From the NCBI GenBank assembly GCA_003648195.1, contig QMOK01000002.1, forward strand, positions 1 to 41,252: a stretch of DNA of 41,252 nt. Direction: 5' to 3'. A program made the translations under genes and the position numbers. A model generated the notes under the pieces. It ran no database searches. It was given only the letters and a program-made list of their open reading frames with translations, and was not told the origin of the DNA. Source of the stretch: Chloroflexota bacterium. GTDB lineage: Bacteria > Chloroflexota > Anaerolineae > Anaerolineales > UBA11858. Below, one piece after another: positions 25,107 to 33,001 of this stretch. How positions within the stretch are numbered: position 1 is the stretch's first letter; every line of letters begins with the position of its first letter.

Positions 25107-26812
25107 TGTGCCTCCTGCATGATCTCTATAAAAACCTCCACTAAATGGGGGTCAAAATGTTTTCCAGATTGTTTTTTGATGTAGGCAATGGTCTTTTCTG
25201 TGGACCAAGCATCTCTATAGGAACGATTAGAGATTAAGGCATCGTAGGTATCCACTATGGCGAAAATTCGTGCCGAAAAGGGGATTTGTGTTCCTTTAAG
25301 TCCTTCGGGGTAACCTGTTCCATCCCAACGTTCGTGATGATAAAGAGGAATATCAAGAGATGGGCGCAAGAATTTTACCGAAGAAAGCATGTCGTAGGCG
25401 TATATTGGATGGAGGCGCATTATTTGCTCTTCTTCATCGGTTAGCGTGTCTGGTTTTTGAAGAATGTCATCGGGGATAGCCAATTTGCCAATGTCGTGCA
25501 AAAGGGCGCCGCGCCGAATATGAGCCAATTTTTCGTCTTTTATACCTAATTTCCACGCCAACTTCATGGTTGTTTCAACCACACGGCGACTGTGTCCCTC
25601 AGTTTCAGCATCCCGCATTTCAAGGGCGCGCGCCCAGCCTTCAATGGTGGCTTCATAAGCCGCTAGCAACTCCGCATTGGCGGCTTTTAGGTTGTCGAAC
25701 ATTTTCGCGTTGTTAATAGCAATGGCTGACTGGTCGGCCAAAGTTTTTACAAAACTTTCCCATTCTTTGGTAAATTTGAGGGGTGAACGTTGGAAAAGTT
25801 CTAATACACCTACCAACGCCCCTTTGACACGCAAGGAGATGGCATAATAAGAAACAAAGCCCTCTTTTTGGAAAATAGCATAACGTTCGGGAGGGGAATA
25901 TTGCTCTTCAAGGGGAAAGACCAAAACTGGTGTGTGGCGCAAGGCCGCTTTTCCAGCGTAGCCTTCTCCTGGGCGTATGGTTGCGTATTGAGAGCCGTTG
26001 GTTTTAAAGCCGTGTCCTGTAACATAGTTTAGTTTTCCTAAACTTTCTTGATAAACGAACACGTTCGCAGCATCCACGCCTAATTGCTTGAGTACCTCAT
26101 CCAAAATTATGTCTAAGGTGAGCTTTAGATTCATTATTCCTGTTATGGCGCGGTCAATGTTTTGCAGAGATGATAGACGTTCCATGCTGCGATTGGCTTT
26201 GGCAAGCAGACGGGAGTTTTCTAAAGTTAATGCGGTTCGCTCTGCAAAAAGGAGCATCAGGCGTTCATCTCGAGTATCAAACGCTCCTAACTCGGAACTT
26301 TGCAAATCAATTGCTCCAATAGTGTTTTTCTCAATTTTGAGCGGAATCACCAACTCAGAACGTGCGTCTTCCCAGTTGGGAATGTAAGTAGAGAATGTTG
26401 TTAAATCTGGAACATTAACGGTCTTGCCTGTTCGAATAACCTCGGGTATCAACCCTGAGTCATCTAGCGTTAATGTCCCTGACAATACTTCCTTTCTGCA
26501 AGTGCCGGCTACCGCAATTCTGTTTATTTGTTGGGTTTCAGAGTCTATTATGAACAGACTGCAATTGGTTTTCTTAAAATTTAGTAAGATCGTCTCGGCG
26601 ATGGTTTGGGCTACAATATCCAGGCTCTGATTTGGGCTAGCAAGCATGGTACCCGAAGCGTTGTATAAGCGAGTAATTTCTTCTTTGGCCTGTCTAAGAC
26701 TTTCCTCCACTTGCGTTTGTTCGGCTTGTGCCTTTTCCAATTTTGCAACTCGTTGGCGTAATTCTGTTATGTCGTTAATGAGTTGCGCTTTGGTTTTGCG
26801 TTCATCTTTCAC
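25103..26812 (-). CDS. coiled-coil-GAF-GAF-HD-GYP c-di-GMP phosphodiesterase
   Basis: HSRRV...LLHDIGK...HHERWDGTGYP...DTYDAL motifs. The ORF is open to ATG 27022, but the first 70 codons are AT-rich and contain a TATAAT (26887-26882). GTG 26812, 8 nt behind GGGAGA, is preferred. Confidence 0.88.
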   Translation of the reverse strand: MKDERKTKAQLINDITELRQRVAKLEKAQAEQTQVEESLRQAKEEITRLYNASGTMLASPNQSLDIVAQTIAETILLNFKKTNCSLFIIDSETQQINRIAVAGTCRKEVLSGTLTLDDSGLIPEVIRTGKTVNVPDLTTFSTYIPNWEDARSELVIPLKIEKNTIGAIDLQSSELGAFDTRDERLMLLFAERTALTLENSRLLAKANRSMERLSSLQNIDRAITGIMNLKLTLDIILDEVLKQLGVDAANVFVYQESLGKLNYVTGHGFKTNGSQYATIRPGEGYAGKAALRHTPVLVFPLEEQYSPPERYAIFQKEGFVSYYAISLRVKGALVGVLELFQRSPLKFTKEWESFVKTLADQSAIAINNAKMFDNLKAANAELLAAYEATIEGWARALEMRDAETEGHSRRVVETTMKLAWKLGIKDEKLAHIRRGALLHDIGKLAIPDDILQKPDTLTDEEEQIMRLHPIYAYDMLSSVKFLRPSLDIPLYHHERWDGTGYPEGLKGTQIPFSARIFAIVDTYDALISNRSYRDAWSTEKTIAYIKKQSGKHFDPHLVEVFIEIMQEAQ

Positions 26813-27050
26813 TTCGCATTTCTCCCGTTTGAGGAATATGCTGTGTGTAATAAATACTAAAGCATAAAAATTATTAGCCACATTATACACTACCTTCGCT
26901 TTTAAGAAGTATAAGAAAATTGCGCGTTTAGCCACTACTTGGTTGAGAGAGGTATTTTTTATATAAAGCTCAGATGCCTCCAAGACCTTCGAGATTTCAG
27001 CTCCAAAAGCAGTTAACAACATTGTGTACTTGCCATAACAGCATCAACCG

Positions 27051-27078
27051 TTTACTGCTTTTGGATTTATGGTATGAT
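27051..27078 (+). promoter_or_regulatory. candidate promoter of the acidic-protein gene
   Basis: TTTACT, 16 nt, TATGAT, with TGg extended -10. Confidence 0.4.
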
Positions 27079-27122
27079 ACCCATAATTGAATTCAAAAAA
27101 AATAACCCCACAAGTGGAAAAA

Positions 27123-27506
27123 ATGAGCGAAAAAATTACTGTTATAGAAGGTCCAACCCCCATATTTCAAGAAGTACGCGGCCTATGGAACTATGGTCTG
27201 CTAGAAAGCCATCTTCAGCACGATACAATTCTTACTGAATTGCGTGCTTTTGACGGTTTTGCTCTTGTGGAACGTTGCCAGCAAGCCTGGAGCAATCAAG
27301 AGCCTATCAGCTTAGAGTATCGCACCGAAGAGGGCTTGCCCGCTCAATTGCCCATTGTGGCCGCCTACTGTGACGAAACAGACGAAGGCGACGTTATCCA
27401 GCTTTGGCTTCGCTTAGAACGGGACGACATAGAAATTGAGCTTGAGTACGATGACGAATACGATGATGAGTACGATGACGATGATGATTTTGATCCGTTA
27501 CTCTAA
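27123..27506 (+). CDS. hypothetical small protein with poly-acidic C-terminal tail
   Basis: 127 aa from ATG 27123 (ORF-track TTG is at 27087). Ends ...IELEYDDEYDDEYDDDDDFDPLL. I recognise no family. Confidence 0.6.
   Translation: MSEKITVIEGPTPIFQEVRGLWNYGLLESHLQHDTILTELRAFDGFALVERCQQAWSNQEPISLEYRTEEGLPAQLPIVAAYCDETDEGDVIQLWLRLERDDIEIELEYDDEYDDEYDDDDDFDPLL
27444..27488 (+). repeat. in-frame 12-nt tandem repeat encoding (EYDD)3 plus DDD
   Basis: gagtacgatgac / gaatacgatgat / gagtacgatgac / gatgatgat. Confidence 0.8.
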
Positions 27507-27529
27507 TTTGCTCATTAGCCGCTATAAAA

Positions 27530-27565
27530 AAACTCCCTAAAGTATTTCAGGGAGTTTACGTTTTT
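27530..27565 (+). terminator. intrinsic terminator after the acidic-protein gene
   Basis: 9-bp stem aaactccct / agggagttt with a 10-nt loop, then acgttttt. An A-run on the 5' side means it could act bidirectionally. Confidence 0.6.
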
Positions 27566-27770
27566 AATCTATAGTAGTGCTTTGGAGAGAAAAATAGGCC
27601 TAGTGCCATTCTTTGGGGGAAGTGCGCCGCTCGTTCCTTAGGGGGTGGCATGGCGCCGAAAACGGGATTCGCCTCCCCCCGCGCTTAAACGCTCACAGTT
27701 GTTTACCCTTTTGGGAGTTGTCTCTACGAATGTAAAGGGTTACCTCGGTTGGGTTAATCTGCCAATAGAA

Positions 27771-28031
27771 TTATAAATCACGAAAATTGCCCTCAACAAC
27801 GTCATCTTCAGATTTTTGGATTTTTTTATATTCTTCAATGATGTCTTGGGGAACAAAGGCTAAGAAAATTCCCATTAATAACGCAATAATGCCAGCGTCG
27901 TCAAGTGGGCCGGGGAGCAGGTCAGGGAAAAGCAAGAGGTAGCCCAAAGAAAGAAAAGGCAAAAGTTTTAGTAATGGGCTTACGCGTTCATCTTTCATTA
28001 GCCGAATAAATAATCGCAGTTGATTTATCAT
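27771..28031 (-). CDS. DUF1232 (YkvA-like) small membrane protein
   Basis: LLFPDLLPGPLDDAGIIALL is the family signature. ATG 28031 with AAGGAA RBS is preferred over TTG 28061. A minus-strand TATAAT lies at 28072-28067. Confidence 0.75.
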   Translation of the reverse strand: MINQLRLFIRLMKDERVSPLLKLLPFLSLGYLLLFPDLLPGPLDDAGIIALLMGIFLAFVPQDIIEEYKKIQKSEDDVVEGNFRDL

Positions 28032-28105
28032 GGTGTTAATTTCCTTTTTTGGTATGCTCAAAAAAAATTATATCACTTTCAGACGACTATCTGATTAGAA
28101 TTTTG

Positions 28106-28111
28106 TATAAT
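28106..28111 (+). promoter_or_regulatory. -10 box placed for a leaderless HAD-hydrolase mRNA
   Basis: Perfect TATAAT, 6 nt (aagaac), then ATG 28118. No SD sequence. Confidence 0.4.
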
Positions 28112-28117
28112 AAGAAC

Positions 28118-28798
28118 ATGAAACGTAATAATACTATTCACGGACTAATTTTTGACTTCGATGGTTTGATTTTAGAAACTGAACGCCCTATTTTTGAGGC
28201 CACGCAAGAGCTTTACCATTCTTTTGGGCAAGAGCTTAGTTTGGATACTTGGGCTAAGGTGATTGGCCTTTCGCCCGATGAGCACGATCCGATAGTGGAT
28301 TTAGAGGTTTTGGTGGGAAGAAGTCTAGACCGCGAGAAACTGCGAGAGAAAATTTCTAATCGGGAGAATGAATTGATTTTAGCGCAAAAGGTTCTTCCAG
28401 GGGTTGAGGATTATATTACAACCGCTCGAAAAACGGGGCTGAAGTTGGCTATTGCTTCTAGTTCTTCACGGAAGTGGGTTTTGGGACATTTAGAACGTCT
28501 TCAGTTATTACGTTATTTTGACGCTGTTTGTTGCGCGGATGATGTAAAACGCGCAAAACCAGACCCGGCTCTTTATAGGTTGGCGCTAGAAAAAATAGGT
28601 TTGCGCCCCTCGCAGGCCATCGTGTTTGAAGATTCGCCTAACGGCGTTTTGGCCGCCAATCGGGCTGGAATTTTCTGTGTAGCCGTCCCCACAGAGCTAA
28701 CCGCCCAGCTTTCTTTAGATCACGCCAATTTGATAGTTGGTTCCTTGGCAGATGTGTCGTTGGATGAGTTGTTAAACCAGTTAAGGAGAGTAAGATGA
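28118..28798 (+). CDS. HAD-superfamily hydrolase (beta-phosphoglucomutase-like subfamily IA)
   Basis: GLIFDFDGLILETE (DxDG motif I), IASSSSRKW, KPDPALY, FEDSPNGVLAANRAG. Confidence 0.88.
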   Translation: MKRNNTIHGLIFDFDGLILETERPIFEATQELYHSFGQELSLDTWAKVIGLSPDEHDPIVDLEVLVGRSLDREKLREKISNRENELILAQKVLPGVEDYITTARKTGLKLAIASSSSRKWVLGHLERLQLLRYFDAVCCADDVKRAKPDPALYRLALEKIGLRPSQAIVFEDSPNGVLAANRAGIFCVAVPTELTAQLSLDHANLIVGSLADVSLDELLNQLRRVR

Positions 28799-29919
28799 AT
28801 ACCGCTCTAAAAGTCATTGCTAGAATTTTCGCTTTTATTTTTGCCATTTTGCTTGTGGTGGCTATTCCTGTTGCTCTTATCGCTTATGATGCGGGCAGGG
28901 TTGTTTTCAATCCACCAATTGTTAAGCAAATAACCACCAATATTATCGCCGAATCAGATTTGATTCCCGTGGCGTTGGAATGGTTTTCTGAAAACCAAGC
29001 CGAGAAGAGATACGAAGAAGATAAGGCCCAAGCTTGGGTAGATGAACCTAATATTGTCCAATTGATGGCTCATTTGGATACTGAAGATTGGCGTGAAATA
29101 CGTGAGGAAATTCTTCCAAACGCCATTCTGGAAGAATGGGTATCGGTGAGTGTAGATGGCACGTATGAATGGATAGATAACAATGCGCGGGTTCCGCAAA
29201 TTATTTGGGACTTGCAACCGCTTGCCGAGAGAGTTAACAGTGAGCATGGCATGAAAGCGATAATGATTGCCTATGAATCTCTAAAACCCTGCAGCCCTGA
29301 GCAGATTGCGGATTTCAAGGAACGTTTAGCCGCTGTCCCCGCTGGAACGGAGGTGCTTTACAATCTTTGTCAATTCCCTGGCACGTGCGCAGAAGATGTT
29401 GAATCTTATGGCTGTGACCAAGTCAACGACTACACAGAATCTCTGCAAGACCTGGTGCAAAGTATTCCCAGTAAACTTGAGCTAACCAAGGAGCTGGCGC
29501 AAGTAGAAGATACAGAAGGTGTAGGTCCGTTAGCTATCAAACAGCAATTGCGTGCTATTCGGCTTATGATGAACTTGGCTCCATTGTTGCCTTTGGGTTT
29601 ATTATTCTTGGTTTTATTGTTTGCTGTCCGCTCCTTAAAAGAGCTAGGAATGTGGTGGGGGATTCCGCTCAGTTTGGGAAGTCTAATAACATTGATTCTT
29701 GCTTTGTTGTATAAGCCGTTGATGGTTGGCGTCTTAGCAGCTGGTCCGTTGAGCGAAACTCCCACCTTAATTATGCCTCACGCGGTGGGAGGCGTAATGC
29801 ACCTAATGACAGAAATTTTCCGTCCCATGCGATGGCAATCTTTGGTGACGCTTTTAGTAGGCGTGGCGTTGATAGTTATGATGATTATTGCCAAATCTGA
29901 AAGCGAGAAAGAGAAGTAA
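28795..29919 (+). CDS. hypothetical integral membrane protein
   Basis: 374 aa. N-terminal TM helix, an extracytoplasmic region of about 230 aa with 4 Cys, then 3-4 C-terminal TM helices. ATGA overlap with the HAD stop. AAGGAGAG RBS present. Confidence 0.6.
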   Translation: MNTALKVIARIFAFIFAILLVVAIPVALIAYDAGRVVFNPPIVKQITTNIIAESDLIPVALEWFSENQAEKRYEEDKAQAWVDEPNIVQLMAHLDTEDWREIREEILPNAILEEWVSVSVDGTYEWIDNNARVPQIIWDLQPLAERVNSEHGMKAIMIAYESLKPCSPEQIADFKERLAAVPAGTEVLYNLCQFPGTCAEDVESYGCDQVNDYTESLQDLVQSIPSKLELTKELAQVEDTEGVGPLAIKQQLRAIRLMMNLAPLLPLGLLFLVLLFAVRSLKELGMWWGIPLSLGSLITLILALLYKPLMVGVLAAGPLSETPTLIMPHAVGGVMHLMTEIFRPMRWQSLVTLLVGVALIVMMIIAKSESEKEK

Positions 29920-29943
29920 CCGTTCCCCAACGCACTAATCACT

Positions 29944-30930
29944 ATGACCACCACTTACTCTGTCCCCTCGGAACACATTCGCCCCTTTGATGTTTGGCAC
30001 GACTTGCTCCCTGTAGCCAATTTAATAGAAACCAGCTTCGCCGACAAATTAAGCCGAGAAGGGAAGGCTCTGGTGCGCAATATGCGCTCTTCGGCAAAAG
30101 ACAAACGCTTCAAACGCTGGGCAGTCCGCGCCGCTGGACGGGTTTCTATGCCTCTTTCGGGGTTTGTTTGGGATAACGATGGAGATGTGATTGGCAATTT
30201 GAGTTTCATCCCTTTTCGGTCGCTTTTGCATCATTATTACCTCATAGCCAATGTTGCCGTCCACGCCGATTATCAACGCCAGGGAATTGGCAGCGCTCTT
30301 GTTAAAAGGGCGTTACAAGACTTGGACTCCCGCAACTTGGACGGCATCTGGCTTCAAGTTGATGCTAGCAACCAAGCGGCTATAGATTTGTACGCCAAAA
30401 TTGGATTCCAAAAACACGCTCGCCGAACCACTTGGGTACGAAAAGCACAGCGTTCAAAAGAGATTGCGCCAGAAAATTTCTCGGAAGAAATAACTGTCAA
30501 ATTGCGCTCAACCAGGCATTGGGAGTCGCAGCGAAAATGGCTAAAAAGAACTTACCCACCATCGCTCCGCTGGTATTTGCCTTTGAGGGCGTGGGATTTG
30601 CGAGGGGGAGTTTTAGGAATGTTGACGCGATTCTTTTTCGAAAGCCCACGGGTAAAACAATGGTCGGCAACAGACGCAGATGGGGAGTTGATGGGAGTTT
30701 TGAGCTGGCAATCTACAACAACATTTGAAGATAAGTTGTGGTTAGCCGCTTCTCCCAAGTGTGAGGAAACGGTAGCGAACGCCTTTTTCCCCTTTTTGGA
30801 CCATACTGAGAGGTTCAAACGTTCTCTGCGGTTAGATTACCCTGCAGGGAAGGCTGTTTCTAGCTTAGAGAAGGCGGGCTTCACTCGTGTTCGAACGTTA
30901 ATTTGGATGAAATTGGGGATGAAGGCGTAA
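29944..30930 (+). CDS. two-domain GNAT-family N-acetyltransferase
   Basis: VAVHADYQRQGIGSALVKRAL (Q/RxxGxG/A motif), AIDLYAKIGF. A C-terminal second GNAT-like half ends AGFTRVRTLIWMKL. Confidence 0.8.
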   Translation: MTTTYSVPSEHIRPFDVWHDLLPVANLIETSFADKLSREGKALVRNMRSSAKDKRFKRWAVRAAGRVSMPLSGFVWDNDGDVIGNLSFIPFRSLLHHYYLIANVAVHADYQRQGIGSALVKRALQDLDSRNLDGIWLQVDASNQAAIDLYAKIGFQKHARRTTWVRKAQRSKEIAPENFSEEITVKLRSTRHWESQRKWLKRTYPPSLRWYLPLRAWDLRGGVLGMLTRFFFESPRVKQWSATDADGELMGVLSWQSTTTFEDKLWLAASPKCEETVANAFFPFLDHTERFKRSLRLDYPAGKAVSSLEKAGFTRVRTLIWMKLGMKA

Positions 30931-31060
30931 ATCTCGCGCGGGAATGGCGTCCGCTTAGGGTGTGCAACATCCTCAGAGCAGATGTTCACGCTTCTAAACA
31001 GCACACGCCTGAGGCTTTGGAAAATGCCAGGGAAAAGGCTTTTTATCCCCAAAAACTATG

Positions 31061-31089
31061 TTGACTTTCGGCTAAAATCAGCGTATACT
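31061..31089 (+). promoter_or_regulatory. candidate sigma-70-type promoter
   Basis: TTGACT, 17 nt, TATACT. Confidence 0.45.
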
Positions 31090-31118
31090 GAAGGCGAGTT
31101 TTCGGAGGAAAATAAATT

Positions 31119-31160
31119 ATGCGAATCAATAACTCAAAAAGAATAGTTTCTCCTAAGTAG
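31119..31160 (+). CDS. 13-codon mini-ORF (MRINNSKRIVSPK), candidate leader peptide
   Basis: ATG lies 9 nt behind GGAGGA. Sits between the promoter and a terminator-like hairpin. No conservation evidence available. Confidence 0.3.
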   Translation: MRINNSKRIVSPK

Positions 31161-31165
31161 GTGTC

Positions 31166-31196
31166 GCACGCGCTGTAAAGTTGCGTGTTTTTTTTT
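31166..31196 (+). terminator. terminator/attenuator-like hairpin with T9 run upstream of the SWIM gene
   Basis: cacgc/gcgtg stem (plus flanking G-U pairs) with a 9-nt loop, followed by nine T (31188-31196). Confidence 0.45.
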
Positions 31197-31218
31197 ATTG
31201 GTTAAAGGAGGTAGTCAG

Positions 31219-31473
31219 ATGGATTCAGGAATGATTAGCAAAATTCAAAAATCAAAACAATATGCACAAGAGCGTGAGCGCTTTCAGATAGATGCTTTGT
31301 CGGTGACTATTAAGGGGACAAATAACCTTCATAAGACATCTTTTAAAGATGGAGAGTGGCAGTGTGATTGTGATTTTTTCAAAACTAGGGGACGATGTGT
31401 TCATACTATGGCGGTAGAACGTATTCTGCAAAACGCTGAGTTAGAAATGGCCGCCCCCCCCATAGATGAGTAG
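31219..31473 (+). CDS. SWIM-type zinc-finger protein
   Basis: WQCDCDFFKTRGRCVHTMAV fits the CxCx(n)CxH SWIM signature. ATG 31219 is 7 nt behind AAAGGAGG (ORF-track TTG at 31198). Confidence 0.75.
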   Translation: MDSGMISKIQKSKQYAQERERFQIDALSVTIKGTNNLHKTSFKDGEWQCDCDFFKTRGRCVHTMAVERILQNAELEMAAPPIDE

Positions 31474-31496
31474 GTAATTAGTAAATTTGTTGTTTT

Positions 31497-31539
31497 CGCT
31501 CCGCAAGACGGCTTTGTTCTGCGGAGCGTTTTCTTTTTT
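31497..31539 (+). terminator. intrinsic terminator after the SWIM gene
   Basis: cgctccgca / tgcggagcg 9-bp stem followed by ttttctttttt. Confidence 0.65.
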
Positions 31540-31611
31540 GGGGGGAAATGCGCATTACTCTTGCTTGGTACACATAAGAATGTTGTTAGCGCACGCCGAG
31601 CATATCCCTGC

Positions 31612-31639
31612 TTGACTCTTATTTTCAACCCGATATAAT
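31612..31639 (+). promoter_or_regulatory. candidate promoter of miaB, positioned for a leaderless transcript
   Basis: TTGACT, 16 nt, TATAAT. The -10 overlaps ATG 31638 and lies 7 nt before ATG 31647. Confidence 0.45.
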
Positions 31640-31646
31640 GGCAGCT

Positions 31647-32972
31647 ATGAAATATTATATTTGGACTTCAGGATGTCAAATGAATGTAGCTGACTCTCGT
31701 CAGGTATCCTCGGCGTTAGAACAGTTAAATTACCAAGAAACAGACAGTGCAGAAAATGCGGATGTGGTGGTTTTAAACACGTGCGTTATTAGGCAAAGTG
31801 CGGAAGATAGCGCAACAGGCAGAATTAGTTCATTGCAGGGATTAAAGCGCAAGAACCCGAACATGGTTATTAACGTCATGGGGTGTCTGGTGGGAGTGAA
31901 AGGCCACCAACACCTAGCGGAGCGTTTCCCGCATGTGGACGTTTTCTCCCCTCCCTCCGACCCTGGCCCGTTAATAGCTTATCTTACGCAAGACGAAAGC
32001 CGTGCCTTGGAGGAAGAAACAACCGCTCGGCGTTTCGCTTTTATGGATGAAGAATTACCCCTTCCCAAAAACCATTCCGACCAAGTTACGGCCTACGTAC
32101 ACATTGTTCTAGGGTGTTCTCATGCCTGTACGTACTGCATCGTGCCCTACCGCCGAGGCCCCGAACGAAGCCGCCCCGTTGAGAATATAGCCATGGAAGT
32201 TAAATCATTGGTTAAACAAGGCGTGAAAGAGATCACCTTGTTGGGGCAAATTGTTGACCGCTACGGGGTAGATTTACCGCAAAAGCCAACCCTCTCTAGT
32301 TTGCTAAGAGAAGTGCATGACACACCTGGCTTAGAACGTCTGCGCTTTTTAACCTCGCATCCCAATTGGATGACGAATGAACTCCTTGATACGGTGGCTG
32401 AACTTCCCAAGGTAATGCCGCACATTGAGGTACCCATTCAATCGGGAGATGACGAAGTTTTGGCAAATATGAAACGCGGCTACACAACCGATGAATACCG
32501 CGAACTTATTCACAGAATCCGAACCCGTATCCCAAACGTAGGCATAGCTAACGATATAATTGTTGGTTTTCCAGGAGAAACCGAAGAACAGTTCCAGCAC
32601 ACCTATAACATTCTTGAAGAATTGAAATTGGATGTAGCCCATTTGGCGCGGTATTCTGGACGTCAGGGGACAGTGGCAACCCGCCGCATGAAGGACAACG
32701 TCCCCGAAGAAGAAAAATGGCGGCGGTTCCGCGTTTTAGAAGAGCTTCAAAAAGGCATTGCCGCGGAAATTAACTCTCGGTACGAAGGCAAAACAGTGAA
32801 AGTGCTATTTGAAAATAAAGTGCGCGGTCGCTGGCGAGGAAGAACACCAAACAATAAATTGGTCTTCACAGAGACTGAACAAAACTTACACGGGAAGGTC
32901 ATCCCTGTAACTATCACATGGACAGGGCCATGGTCTATGCAGGGAAAGGTAGAAACGCGCTCCAAAAAATAA
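31647..32972 (+). CDS. miaB: tRNA-2-methylthio-N6-dimethylallyladenosine synthase (radical SAM methylthiotransferase)
   Basis: MKYYIWTSGCQMN, CSHACTYCIVPYRRG, and a C-terminal TRAM domain. ORF-track ATG 31638 lies inside the -10 box, so ATG 31647 is preferred. Confidence 0.93.
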   Translation: MKYYIWTSGCQMNVADSRQVSSALEQLNYQETDSAENADVVVLNTCVIRQSAEDSATGRISSLQGLKRKNPNMVINVMGCLVGVKGHQHLAERFPHVDVFSPPSDPGPLIAYLTQDESRALEEETTARRFAFMDEELPLPKNHSDQVTAYVHIVLGCSHACTYCIVPYRRGPERSRPVENIAMEVKSLVKQGVKEITLLGQIVDRYGVDLPQKPTLSSLLREVHDTPGLERLRFLTSHPNWMTNELLDTVAELPKVMPHIEVPIQSGDDEVLANMKRGYTTDEYRELIHRIRTRIPNVGIANDIIVGFPGETEEQFQHTYNILEELKLDVAHLARYSGRQGTVATRRMKDNVPEEEKWRRFRVLEELQKGIAAEINSRYEGKTVKVLFENKVRGRWRGRTPNNKLVFTETEQNLHGKVIPVTITWTGPWSMQGKVETRSKK

Positions 32973-33001
32973 ACCTCCCCAAACCAAAGAGGCAGCAACT
33001 C

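Noticed and set aside
26813-27022. N-terminal extensions given by the ORF track. Examples: HD-GYP 26813-27022, Fur 35571-35630, pdxT 14816-14905, tmk 18121-18171, lipoprotein 32918-33001, ssb 39808-39861, SDR 21351-21377.
   Set aside because: The extensions overlap promoters or upstream genes, lack RBSs, and add residues absent from the canonical N-termini. Internal starts with good RBSs or canonical N-termini were preferred.
27560-27770. The possibility that the GC-rich intergenic segment is SRP RNA, tmRNA, RNase P RNA or 6S RNA.
   Set aside because: It is too short for RNase P or tmRNA. The conserved SRP domain IV sequence (GGUCCGGAAGGAAGCAGC-like) is absent on both strands. 6S RNA cannot be judged by eye. 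The segment is kept only as a generic sRNA candidate.
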